NCBI GenBank assembly: GCA_039190145.1
Contig: JBCCYG010000001.1
Coordinates: forward strand, 5,941-69,940
Direction of reading: 5' to 3'
Origin: Pseudomonadota bacterium
GTDB taxonomy: Bacteria > Pseudomonadota > Alphaproteobacteria > Rhodobacterales > Rhodobacteraceae
DNA length: 64,000 nt
The position numbers and the translations under genes were made by a program. Shown piece by piece: positions 30,280 to 39,592 of this stretch (its first letter is position 1; each line of letters starts with the position of its first letter). The notes beneath the pieces are model-generated. The model worked only from the letters and a program-made list of their open reading frames with translations, was not told the origin of the DNA and searched no databases.

Positions 30280-31263
30280 CTAAGCTGAGGCGCGCAAGGT
30301 GCTGAAACGCTGTCTGTATTCGCCGGGCGCGACGCCCCTGCCCCGCATCATGGCGCGCCGGAAGCGTTCATCGTCATAAAAGCCGCATTGCACCGCTATG
30401 ACAGTGAGCGGTAGCTGGCTTTCTTCGAGCATTCGGCATGCTGCGTCTACGCGGAGCGCTTCCACGGCCTTAGCTGGCGTTGTTCCGGTGTGTTGCCGGT
30501 AGAGGCGCGAGAAGTTTCGCGGGCTCATTCCTTCCCGCTCGGCTAGAGCTTCGACGGAAAGATCGGCGGAGAGGTTTTCTGAAATCCATGCGTTAAGGCG
30601 GTCAAATTTGTCGGTCGAGCTTTGCGCTTGCTGTTGCAGCGGCGCGCTAAACTGTGACTGGCCGCCGGGCCTGATGAGATAGCAAACGAGCGACCGGGCG
30701 AGTGCGAGAGCCGCCGGACGACCGAGGTCTTCGGCAACCATGTCGAGGCACATGTCGATCCCAGCAGTTACGCCTGCCGACGTCCGAAATTTGCCATCGC
30801 GCACAAATATGGCGTCTGCTTTGACGTTAATCTCTGGGTGTTCCGTCTGCAGGCGCTCGCAAGATTCCCAATGCGTCACTGCAGAACGCTGTGCGAGCAA
30901 GTTGGCAGCTGCGAGGACAAAGGCGCCTGTGCAAACGGAGGCCACGCGCCTCGCCTTTGCTGACAACGTGCGAACTTCCTCCAGGAGCGTGTCATCTTTC
31001 GCTGCTCCATACGCGCCGGGGCCGCCCACAATGACCAAGGTATCGATTGGTTCGTCTCTAAATAAGGAAAGGCGCTCTGATGTGGCGGGCATAACTGTGT
31101 CGGTCTTCACAGTGCCTCCCTTTAGGGACGCAACGCGTACGTCATAAAGGGCCTGCCCCTGAAGGTTTGCGTCGGTGAATACCTGCACAGGCCCTGTGAG
31201 GTCCAAAAGCTTGAGCTTTGGGAAGGTGACGAAGAGAACTCGCTTGGCAGAAAATGAGGTCAC
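30280..31263 (-). CDS. GlxA family regulator
   Basis: LLDLTGP, SVCTGAF, TSAGVTAGID, RPGGQSQFS and MSPRNFSR. Confidence 0.92.
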   Translation of the reverse strand: MTSFSAKRVLFVTFPKLKLLDLTGPVQVFTDANLQGQALYDVRVASLKGGTVKTDTVMPATSERLSLFRDEPIDTLVIVGGPGAYGAAKDDTLLEEVRTLSAKARRVASVCTGAFVLAAANLLAQRSAVTHWESCERLQTEHPEINVKADAIFVRDGKFRTSAGVTAGIDMCLDMVAEDLGRPAALALARSLVCYLIRPGGQSQFSAPLQQQAQSSTDKFDRLNAWISENLSADLSVEALAEREGMSPRNFSRLYRQHTGTTPAKAVEALRVDAACRMLEESQLPLTVIAVQCGFYDDERFRRAMMRGRGVAPGEYRQRFSTLRASA

Positions 31264-31279
31264 AATGGCATATCTGCCA
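31245..31279 (+). promoter_or_regulatory. 35-bp GlxA-associated motif upstream of the second DUF1272
   Basis: TGGCAGAAAATGAGGTCACAATGGCATATCTGCCA. Confidence 0.6.
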
Positions 31280-31328
31280 AGGACATGGCGCGATAGTCAA
31301 GTACAAGACGTTTAAGAGAGGACACGCC

Positions 31329-31592
31329 ATGATGCTCTTGAAGCCAAACTGTGAGTGCTGCGACAAAGATTTGCCGCCGGATGCGGCGGATGCCCGGATT
31401 TGCACCTTTGAATGCACATTCTGTGCCGATTGCGCTGAGACGCACTTCAACAATATTTGTCCCAATTGCGGTGGTGAGCAGGTTCGGCGCCCAGTGCGGC
31501 CTGCAACTATGCTGGTGGGCAATCCCGCATCGACCGAGCGCTTCATAAAAGATCACGGCTTCTGCACACCGCACCAGCACGTCCACGCTTGA
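31329..31592 (+). CDS. DUF1272 domain protein
   Basis: LKPNCECCDKDLPP, ICTFECTFCADC and CPNCGGE.V.RP.RP; GAGG RBS. Confidence 0.88.
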   Translation: MMLLKPNCECCDKDLPPDAADARICTFECTFCADCAETHFNNICPNCGGEQVRRPVRPATMLVGNPASTERFIKDHGFCTPHQHVHA

Positions 31593-31662
31593 GCCAGTTT
31601 AAGGCGCACACCTGATCGTGGCGCGGCTTTTGCTACCCTTTTGCCCGCCGTACGCACGCGTC

Positions 31663-32370
31663 TTACGCGATTAGATCGATCTCTTGGTCTGAAAAGCCAA
31701 AGGGGCGCATCATGTCGCGATGGGCCTTTGTGCCCAAATAGTCGAATAGCGCGCGATTCACATCGTCTCGCAGGCCTGGATCCTTCAAAGAAAGGGCGAA
31801 TGAACCTGCTGCTTGTGGCGCATCCTCTGGCGGGATGTCGACGACGCTTAAACCAAGGCCAGGGTGCTGATGCACAAAGGCGGCATGAGCACGGGCCACG
31901 CTGGCATAGGCGGTTACATGTCCTTTGGAGACGGCGTCCGCTGCCTCTTCATAAGACGCAAAGACCAAGATTTGATTGTTGCTCACACCCGCCGCCAGTG
32001 CCGTTTCGTGCTGCACTTGATCTCGAACGACTGCCAATCTCAGTGCACGGTTTGCAGCCAAGCACGTGTAGCCACGGAGCTTGTCCGGGTTTTCCTGGCT
32101 TACGAGAAGCCCATCGGGCAGCGCCCATATCGGGCTGCTGAAGCAAGCAAGTTGCCGTCGAGCGGGCGTTGCGAACATGCCGGTGGTCATGTCCCACTCC
32201 CCCGCGGCGAGCCCTGGCAAGAGGTTTGGGAACTCCGTCTCAACGGGCCGAAAATCGGATGAACCTACTGCGTTTGACACAAACCTCGCCAATTCGATGT
32301 CGCAGCCTGTGAGGCGCCCCATCGAGTCAATGTAGTTAAAGGGAGGCTCGATGAGATAAGCAAATCTCAC
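31663..32370 (-). CDS. Family 3 substrate-binding domain protein (EhuB-like), no signal peptide or permease nearby
   Basis: YLIEPPFNY, GCDIELA and EFPNLLPGL..GEWDM. Confidence 0.78.
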   Translation of the reverse strand: MRFAYLIEPPFNYIDSMGRLTGCDIELARFVSNAVGSSDFRPVETEFPNLLPGLAAGEWDMTTGMFATPARRQLACFSSPIWALPDGLLVSQENPDKLRGYTCLAANRALRLAVVRDQVQHETALAAGVSNNQILVFASYEEAADAVSKGHVTAYASVARAHAAFVHQHPGLGLSVVDIPPEDAPQAAGSFALSLKDPGLRDDVNRALFDYLGTKAHRDMMRPFGFSDQEIDLIA

Positions 32371-32732
32371 GAGGCTTCCTCCGATGGGAGAGGCCCGTAA
32401 CTGGCGATCTTAATGGCGAGCACCTCTTCGCATTTCTCTAGTCGGTCGCGTTGAGCCTTTAGCGCCTTGGCGTGATCGAGAAGGATGCGGCGGCGTTCGG
32501 CGATGCCAGTGTCCCCCGCCTTTGCGAGCGCTGTAAATTGGCGCATTTGCGCCAAGGTCATCCCAGTTTCCCGAAGCCAGTAAAGCAGCGTCAACCACTC
32601 GATCAGGCTCGCGTTAAACCGTCTATGGCCGTCCGGACCGCGCTCTATCGCTGGCAACATGCCCGACTTTTCGTAGAAGCGGATCGTGTGGGATGTGAGA
32701 CCACATGCTTTGGATGCTTCAGCGATTTTCAT
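32367..32732 (-). CDS. MerR family regulator (NmlR/AdhR-like)
   Basis: HTIRFYEKSGMLP.I.R..GHRRF and LRETGM. Confidence 0.9.
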   Translation of the reverse strand: MKIAEASKACGLTSHTIRFYEKSGMLPAIERGPDGHRRFNASLIEWLTLLYWLRETGMTLAQMRQFTALAKAGDTGIAERRRILLDHAKALKAQRDRLEKCEEVLAIKIASYGPLPSEEAS

Positions 32733-32756
32733 GGGTGCTTTGTCTCCACCCTCCAC

Positions 32757-32787
32757 CCTATAGCGGCTTCGAGTCGCTCTCAGTCAA
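32757..32787 (-). promoter_or_regulatory. MerR-type promoter with 19-bp spacer
   Basis: TTGACT-19 nt (containing GAG-CGA-CTC dyad)-TATAGG on the minus strand. Confidence 0.7.
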
Positions 32788-32817
32788 TGGCCAGTCTCCG
32801 ACAAAGTTGACGCTAGC

Positions 32818-33369
32818 TCACCCCGCTCTGGAGAGGGCTTCCTCGGCAATGCAGACCTCGGCGAATTCACCATGCAAATGTGCAAGTGCGGTTCGATGAA
32901 TCTCCTCCGCGCTTAGCAGTGGGCCGCCGTCAAAGCTGACATCGGCGTTGGAGGTGAACGCGGCACAAGCATCTGCCACGAGGCGCACATTGTAGTTCAG
33001 GTTTCCGGCCATGCGCGTGGTTGTCGAGACGCAGTGTGGTGTCGTAAGCCCGCAGATCGTGAGGTCTGTCGCGCCGACACGCTGCAGATGGTTGTGGAGA
33101 TTCGTCCCTATGAAGGCTGAGTTCACCGATTTTTCGACGATCTTTTCGCCAGCCCTTGGCATCACTTCTGGCTTGAACGCTGTGCCCGGTCCAGAGAGTG
33201 GCGAGCCAAGCTCTTTGCTCACATGGCAGATGTGAACGATGGGGCGATCAGCGGCACGCCAAGCGGCAAGAAGCTCCCCGGCCCGCGCTTCTGCGTCAGG
33301 GTTGTTGCGCGTTCCCCAGCCGGGCGCGTTGAATCCTAACTGAATGTCGATCAGGAGCAGAGCGTTCAC
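32818..33369 (-). CDS. Cysteine hydrolase (isochorismatase family)
   Basis: ALLLIDIQ, KSVNSAF and GLTTPHCVSTT catalytic D/K/C. Confidence 0.9.
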   Translation of the reverse strand: MNALLLIDIQLGFNAPGWGTRNNPDAEARAGELLAAWRAADRPIVHICHVSKELGSPLSGPGTAFKPEVMPRAGEKIVEKSVNSAFIGTNLHNHLQRVGATDLTICGLTTPHCVSTTTRMAGNLNYNVRLVADACAAFTSNADVSFDGGPLLSAEEIHRTALAHLHGEFAEVCIAEEALSRAG

Positions 33370-33548
33370 ATACTTCCCTTCACTTGGCGCCCAAGCGTAG
33401 CGGCGTCACAACTGCTCCAATACTGTTTGCGGAACCGTTGGAAAACCGGGGTTTTGCGTTACGCGAGCGTTAACTAAGGGCATCATCGATTATAACCCAC
33501 TCAGCACCGCAGATGGTCTCGACCAAAGCAATCAGTTAGGTCTCCGGG

Positions 33549-34451
33549 ATGGCTTCCGAGCAGCAGACCCATACTGGCACAACAGAGCTTGCCACTCTCT
33601 CTGCAGTGATCTTTTTCGGAGCCTCCGTCGTCGCCACCCGTTTTGTGGTCGATGAAACCGGGGCCGTAACTCTCGCTTTCCTAAGGTTTTCGATCGGTAC
33701 ACTTTGTATCCTGAGCCATGCGTTTGTCACGCGCGCTGGTGGCGTAAAGCGCGCTGATATGCCGGCGACATTTGCCTTGGGCGCGCTTTTCTTTGGCATC
33801 TTCCCATGGCTCTTTAGCCAGTCACTTCTGTTCATCCCCGCAAGTCTTGGGGCGATCATCTTGGCGACCATGCCGATCCTCACTCTCATCGTTGCTGCGC
33901 TTGTTGGCTCTGAGGCGCTCACAAGAAAGAAGCTCCTGGGTACCGGGCTCGGGTTTCTAGGCGGGTCCATCGCAGTGGCTGCACCTGACACTTTCTCGAG
34001 CATTCCGTTGGAAAATCTCTTGCTCGGCGCTCTTCTCATGCTCGCCACGTCGCTCTGCGGTGCCCTCTACAACGTGCTTTCAAGAAGCTACCTGCAGCGC
34101 AACAACTCGGTGGCGTTCACCGCCCTTGCCATGCTCTCTGGCACGATTTTCCTCTTGCCCTTCGCGGCAGGTGCCGCCCTGACAGAAGGCTGGCCTAGCG
34201 TGTCATGGGCGGGCCTGATGGCGATCCTGTTTCTCGGAACGCTGGGCGGGGGCATCGGCTTTTTCCTTTGGACTTGGGCGCTCCAACGAACAACACCCAC
34301 TCGGGTGGCCATTTTTGTCGCGATCAATCCCATCGCAGCTATCATTTTGGCTGCGCTTTTTTTGGGCGAGCCTTTCCAACCCGTTGTCGCGGTAGGCCTC
34401 GCCTTCGTGCTGATAGGGATTCTGGTCGTTAGTCTGCCGGGGCGGTCCTAG
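33549..34451 (+). CDS. EamA/DMT transporter
   Basis: AFLRF, PTRVAIF..INP and LFLGE motifs. Confidence 0.88.
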   Translation: MASEQQTHTGTTELATLSAVIFFGASVVATRFVVDETGAVTLAFLRFSIGTLCILSHAFVTRAGGVKRADMPATFALGALFFGIFPWLFSQSLLFIPASLGAIILATMPILTLIVAALVGSEALTRKKLLGTGLGFLGGSIAVAAPDTFSSIPLENLLLGALLMLATSLCGALYNVLSRSYLQRNNSVAFTALAMLSGTIFLLPFAAGAALTEGWPSVSWAGLMAILFLGTLGGGIGFFLWTWALQRTTPTRVAIFVAINPIAAIILAALFLGEPFQPVVAVGLAFVLIGILVVSLPGRS

Positions 34452-34619
34452 CGCCAGTTGGGAGCGGTAGCCTTACCCGTGACCGCTGGTTTCGTCCGTC
34501 AGGATTTCAGTTCGGTTTTTTGGCATGATCAGACACAACCTCGCGACCGCAAAAGTGCGTAGAGCGAGCAGGCCATGGGCGCAGCCGATGAGACCTAGTG
34601 TAAGATCAAGGGTCTCAGG

Positions 34620-35522
34620 TTACGCATCTTCTCTTGAGAACATGAAGACCGCGATGACGGCGATCACGACCACCGCTGCGCCAACGCATTGCAGTGCTGT
34701 TAAGCGTTCGCTCAGCACGGCCCTGGCCAAAGCGATTGTGAAGACTGGCACGAGGCTGAGGTAGATCCCAGCGGTAGAGGCCGTCACGGTTTTGAGCCCC
34801 AAAAGATAGCTGTAGAACGCCGCGCCATAATAGATTGCGCCAATGAGGGCCGCGAATGCGATGGGGACTGACCCGTCGAATCCGGGATTTCCTGGTGAGA
34901 GGCTGATCCAAGCGCCAGCGGATACGAGGCAGGCAATGGCTTGCACAACAATTAGCGCGGTCAGCAGGTCTTGTTGGCCACTTATGGCGCGCATCCAGAC
35001 AGTGTAGAGCGCCGCGCAGGAGGTGGAGAGCAAGGCGAAGACGAGACCAGCGAAACGACCGGTCACGCCGACATCTTCCGCACCGATTACAGTGAGCAGC
35101 ACGCCAGCAACTGCCGTAAAGCAAAGCAACATCACAGGCTGGCTCACGCGTTCGCGCAAAAGAACGAAGGCCAGCGCGAGTACTATAATGGGTTGAGTTG
35201 CAAAGATGAGAGACGCTTCACTGGCGGAGATCAACGCTAAGGCAAAGATCGTTCCAATTGACCCCACGCCGACGATGAGACCGGAAATTAGGGGGCGCCT
35301 GAGCTCTGTCAAAAGGCCCGCATGCCAGCCTTGTACACTGCGCACCGCCACCAGGAACGTAACGCCGCCCATGAGTTGAGTGGTAAGCACGACCAGCGGG
35401 TTTAGAGCCTGTCCGTTGCTGTTCTCCATGGCGAGGAGGACCTTAGAAAGCACTGAGCCGAGGGCGAGAAGGAAAGCTGAGGCGACAAAGTAGAAGTGGG
35501 TAAATGGCATGGGCGTCTCCAT
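34620..35522 (-). CDS. EamA/DMT transporter
   Basis: LLRER, ASTAGIYLSLVPVF and LSERLT motifs. Confidence 0.86.
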   Translation of the reverse strand: METPMPFTHFYFVASAFLLALGSVLSKVLLAMENSNGQALNPLVVLTTQLMGGVTFLVAVRSVQGWHAGLLTELRRPLISGLIVGVGSIGTIFALALISASEASLIFATQPIIVLALAFVLLRERVSQPVMLLCFTAVAGVLLTVIGAEDVGVTGRFAGLVFALLSTSCAALYTVWMRAISGQQDLLTALIVVQAIACLVSAGAWISLSPGNPGFDGSVPIAFAALIGAIYYGAAFYSYLLGLKTVTASTAGIYLSLVPVFTIALARAVLSERLTALQCVGAAVVVIAVIAVFMFSREDA

Positions 35523-35598
35523 CAGACGCCTTGCTAAAGCTGCTCTCGAATATTACTCAAACGACATAAATCTATTTTTGAGCAACTTCATGTAACTC

Positions 35599-36480
35599 AT
35601 GAGCAGACCACTAAGCCTTTCCGGTTTGCGTGTCTTCGAGGCCGCCGCGCGCCTTGAAAGCTTTGCCTTGGCCGCAAATGAACTCGGCGTATCACCGGCC
35701 GCTGTTAGCCGCGCTATCCGTCGGCTGGAGCACGAGTTGGGATTTGATCTCTTTTATCGCTCACATCGCTCTGTATCGCTGACCGATGCCGGGGGGCGCT
35801 ACGCACAGCAGGTCACGGAGGGCTTTCGGCATTTCGCGCCGACGCGGTCGTTGTTCGCGCTACAGCGGGCCAGCGTTTCACTGGACGTCGAGGCAACGTT
35901 CCTACGGCAGTGGCTTATCCCACGCCTTGGGGACGTTGGGTTTCGCGACCTAGGTATCTCGCCGCAATTTCGCGCCCATCATGACGTGCCGCGCGTCATC
36001 GCTGCGGACACTGATTTGGCCATCGTTTGGGGCCAAGCAGATTATTCTGGCTTCAAGCGCAAGCGCTTGGTGTCGCCCACAACGGTGCTTGTCGCCGCTC
36101 CGAGCTGTGGGGTCACCGAGTTAAAGGATGTAGCCGAGGCCGGGCTGATTCACGAAGGCAACGAGCATTGGTGGCGCCTTGTATACGACGAGGCAGGCCT
36201 TCCCTATCCCGAGGGAGCGCGGTCTATCACGGTGAACCGCTGCGACATTCCCATTCATGCGGCGGCGATGGGTCTCGGAGTTGCCGTTGGCGATGACGTG
36301 ATTGCAGAGCAAGAGCTCAAAACCGGTGCGGTCATTCCAGTCGCTGGCCCTAGGTTCGATGGGCAGGATTACTATCTCATGGTGCGCATTGGCGCCTCGG
36401 TACCCGCGCGCAACTTTGCGGATTGGCTTGTGGTGAAGGCGAAGGAGTTTCAAGCGAGAGCAGGTCAAGTGGCTCCTTAA
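35599..36480 (+). CDS. LysR family regulator (GcvA-like)
   Basis: LRVFEAAARLESFALAANELGVSPAAVSRAIRRLE. Confidence 0.9.
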   Translation: MSRPLSLSGLRVFEAAARLESFALAANELGVSPAAVSRAIRRLEHELGFDLFYRSHRSVSLTDAGGRYAQQVTEGFRHFAPTRSLFALQRASVSLDVEATFLRQWLIPRLGDVGFRDLGISPQFRAHHDVPRVIAADTDLAIVWGQADYSGFKRKRLVSPTTVLVAAPSCGVTELKDVAEAGLIHEGNEHWWRLVYDEAGLPYPEGARSITVNRCDIPIHAAAMGLGVAVGDDVIAEQELKTGAVIPVAGPRFDGQDYYLMVRIGASVPARNFADWLVVKAKEFQARAGQVAP

Positions 36481-36554
36481 ACTCGGCGCAGGCTGGCGCG
36501 GTTTTGGGCGCAAATCAAAGGCAACATTTGCGCGCTTAGCGCGGAGCTGAATAA

Positions 36555-37736
36555 TTGCCTTTCCCCTTACTCGTTTCCCTCTTTCTTGCCGCATCCTTGG
36601 CGCAGTCGCTGAGCTATGGGCTGACATTCCTGTTGCCCGATCTCTTTGGCACCTTCGGTGGGGCTGTCTCAGACGCAGGGCGGGTTTTGTCCCTTGTCGG
36701 GGTTTTTGCCGTTACCTCTGCCGTGCTGCTTGGCGCTTTCATTCGGGTTTTGGGCCACATGCGAGCCTTGGCTCTGTGTTGCTTTTGTTCAGCGGCGGCC
36801 CTCGCGCTTTTTGCAACCTCGTCCCACGTGGCTCTGCAAGTGTACCTCGCAGCCGCGCTTTTTGGCGTCGGGTGGAGCGGATTCTATGTTCTGGGTCCCC
36901 TCATTTTGGCGAAAATGCTGCAGCCTGAAGATCGTCCGCGATACTTTTCCTGGCTTGCGGCTTTTATCATGGCAGGCATTGGAGGGGCGCCGATCCTGGC
37001 CTCGTTCGCGGCGTCCTTTGACGTGGAAATCGGGCAAGTTTTCTTTATGGTGGCCTGCCTTTCCGCACTCGCAGGCGCGGTATTCGGCGCGTTAACGTCG
37101 GCAATTGCGATGAGCAACGAGTGGCATAATGACAGTAACGAAGGACTGAGCTTTAGCGCGGCAGTTAGAGTTATGCAGTCCCGCGCCTGGCGCCCGGTCG
37201 TGATGGTAATGCTCGGCGCGGCGGTCTTCGCGGCGATCCTGAATTTTCAATCGATCTATGCGGCACAGGTCGGGCAGAGCTACTCGTTGTTCTACGGCGT
37301 CTACACGTTCACAGTCATTATCGGGCGTTTTGTCGTTGCGGGTCTTGATCTGAAAGTTGCGCCCTATGCGCTCATCGCGGCTTTCCTTGCTGCCATGGCT
37401 TTGGCCGTCATTTGCCTGCTGCCGGGAACACCCCACCAATGGCTCTACGCATTGGCAGCCCTTCTTTTTGGCATTGGCTATGGTCTTGCCTATCCGATCT
37501 TAAAGGCGATGGCGGCCAACGACGCGGCGCCAGGTCTGCAAGATGCTACGCTGCAGCTCTTTGGTCTCGGATACTTTGTCGGCATCTTTGGCTTTCCGTT
37601 GATCGGCGCGCTCATCCTGCAAGCGGCGTCGATGCAGCTTCTTTTGACCCTTGCACTCGCCCTTGCGAGCCTTGAATGCCTGCTAGCTGTCGATCGCTAC
37701 TGGAGGGACCGCAAGACCCATCCCGTCCGGGCTTGA
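36555..37736 (+). CDS. MFS transporter
   Basis: About 12 TM, GIGYGLAYP; start uncertain (TTG). Confidence 0.82.
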   Translation: MPFPLLVSLFLAASLAQSLSYGLTFLLPDLFGTFGGAVSDAGRVLSLVGVFAVTSAVLLGAFIRVLGHMRALALCCFCSAAALALFATSSHVALQVYLAAALFGVGWSGFYVLGPLILAKMLQPEDRPRYFSWLAAFIMAGIGGAPILASFAASFDVEIGQVFFMVACLSALAGAVFGALTSAIAMSNEWHNDSNEGLSFSAAVRVMQSRAWRPVVMVMLGAAVFAAILNFQSIYAAQVGQSYSLFYGVYTFTVIIGRFVVAGLDLKVAPYALIAAFLAAMALAVICLLPGTPHQWLYALAALLFGIGYGLAYPILKAMAANDAAPGLQDATLQLFGLGYFVGIFGFPLIGALILQAASMQLLLTLALALASLECLLAVDRYWRDRKTHPVRA

Positions 37737-37757
37737 TTGCCATGGTGCAGCAGCATT

Positions 37758-38486
37758 CTAGGGGTATTTTGGGGCCCGAGTTGTTGCCGAGTGTGTGCGT
37801 TGGGGATCGTTGTAAAGCCAGTCCGTGCCTGGGGGCTGGATGACGATTTCTCGATCTTCGATACCTTTGGGCGACGTGGCAGCCTGATAGTAGAATTCGG
37901 CGATGCGGGCGGGATCAAACGGTCCCCCCTCTCGAACAATCCCGCAGATAGCTATGCTGGCCACATGGACACCCTTGGGTGAAAGCTCCTTGTAAAGAGA
38001 GATACTTAGACTTCGGAGAGCGGCCTTGCCTAAGGCCAGGGACGTCCATTCCGGAAATGGCTCGTAGGCTAGCCCGCCATTGGTAAAGAGCATTGCCCCA
38101 GAGCCGCGTGTGACCATGGGCCCGGCGAGCTTTTTGGCAACGCGGTGCGCACCGAGAACGTTAACTGCGAATTCCTGAGCGAGTGTCTCGGTCTCGAGGT
38201 CCAGCGGGTCCTCCGGCCGCAGCACCGCGGCATTGTAAATCATCACGTTGCATGGGCCCATTTCGCCCACAAGGGCGTCGAGAGCTTGGTCGATCTGACC
38301 CATATCCGCGGCATCGGCGGTAGACCAAAAGGCGGGTATCGAAGCCGCCTTGAGTCTAGCTGCGAGCTCGCTGAGACGCGCGCTGTTTCTTGCGATCAAG
38401 CCAATGCGGAAGCCAGCTCTACCAAAGCGCCATGCAATGGCTTCGCCAACGCCGGGGCCGGCTCCAACGAGTATCAGGTTCTGCAT
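37758..38486 (-). CDS. Short-chain dehydrogenase/reductase, atypical
   Basis: VGAGPGVG and YNAA; catalytic YxxxK replaced by LALGK. Confidence 0.85.
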   Translation of the reverse strand: MQNLILVGAGPGVGEAIAWRFGRAGFRIGLIARNSARLSELAARLKAASIPAFWSTADAADMGQIDQALDALVGEMGPCNVMIYNAAVLRPEDPLDLETETLAQEFAVNVLGAHRVAKKLAGPMVTRGSGAMLFTNGGLAYEPFPEWTSLALGKAALRSLSISLYKELSPKGVHVASIAICGIVREGGPFDPARIAEFYYQAATSPKGIEDREIVIQPPGTDWLYNDPQRTHSATTRAPKYP

Positions 38487-38641
38487 GTTGTGACTTTCGA
38501 GCAAAGGGTGATGGTGCAAACAGCATTACTTACGCCCCAGCCAAAACTAGAGTGGCTCGCTGATCTTTTCGAGAAGTGGGTCTTACCGGCCTTAAGCGGG
38601 GGTCCGTACCCATGGAATGTGCGAAGGCTGATAGGAGCCCA

Positions 38642-39502
38642 ATGGAACATAATCGAACAATACTGGGAGCGTTTCAGCAGGCCTGGCAATCAAAAGATTT
38701 GCCCGCACTCATGGCACTGGTGACCGATGACATTGTCTTTTCAGGATCAGTGGGGCTCGAGCCGGGGAAAACGTGGCGAGGTAAATCGGATGTTGAACAA
38801 GGCTTCCGGTACTTCCTCGAGCTTGATGCGGGCGAGGCCCAGGTTGAAGCCCCGTTTTTCGTGGGCGATCTTGCATTTGCAGAGTGGCGCTATGTGGAGG
38901 AGTGCGGCAACGGGCCCGTCTTGGCGGCGCGCGGTACCGACAAGTTTGCCTTCAAGGACGGCAAGATTTGCCTGAAGGATGCCTTCCGAAAAACACAAGC
39001 CCTAGGAGGTGGCCGGCTTTCGCCGCCCTTACGCGGCTTCGGAAAACTAGCCCCTTACACCCCGCGTCGGTTCAGCTTTTTGGGGCTAGAACATGTGTCT
39101 GGAATGGCCGTTAAGCTCTACGCAATCGCGCTACCCAACGCCACAACGGATGAGGGGAACATTAGACAGGCGCTGGCGCAGCAGCTTCCTGAACTTGTCG
39201 CTAAAGCGGTGCTGGCCGGCAATCACCATGGTCAAGCCTACTGCATCATTCATGTCAGTGACCAAAGCGCGTGGTTACTCTTTGATTGGTGGGCGCACGG
39301 CGACATCACCTGCCACATTCTGCTTCGCGCTGAGGCCCAATTGCTAGATTTCCAGGTTGTCACGACAGGCCATCTAAACGCCTGTGTTTGGGAAAGTCAG
39401 ATCATTGAGCATGAACGTCGGGCTTGGGTTCAACACATGCTGGCGGATAGACCCGATGCATTGCGATACCAAGCAGACCATCTCACTAACGGGCTTTATT
39501 AG
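38642..39502 (+). CDS. SnoaL/NTF2-like domain fused to an uncharacterised domain
   Basis: N-terminal DLPALMALVTDD...RGTDKF.FKDGKI..KDAFRK; C-terminus homologous to 24967-25461. Confidence 0.75.
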   Translation: MEHNRTILGAFQQAWQSKDLPALMALVTDDIVFSGSVGLEPGKTWRGKSDVEQGFRYFLELDAGEAQVEAPFFVGDLAFAEWRYVEECGNGPVLAARGTDKFAFKDGKICLKDAFRKTQALGGGRLSPPLRGFGKLAPYTPRRFSFLGLEHVSGMAVKLYAIALPNATTDEGNIRQALAQQLPELVAKAVLAGNHHGQAYCIIHVSDQSAWLLFDWWAHGDITCHILLRAEAQLLDFQVVTTGHLNACVWESQIIEHERRAWVQHMLADRPDALRYQADHLTNGLY

Positions 39503-39592
39503 TTGCGGCGGAGGGAGAAGAGAAACTGCCTTGCGGCGCCGTAGACTGGCACCCTAACAAGGCAGCGCTCCGAACGGCAAAGGACCGCGCCT

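Noticed and set aside
34466-34598. Possible membrane-protein C-terminal remnant on the minus strand
   Set aside because: Only a vague hydrophobic stretch with no diagnostic motif.
39526-39565. CTGCCTTG...CAAGGCAG hairpin as an attC site
   Set aside because: Lacks correctly placed core and inverse-core boxes, and is not repeated elsewhere.
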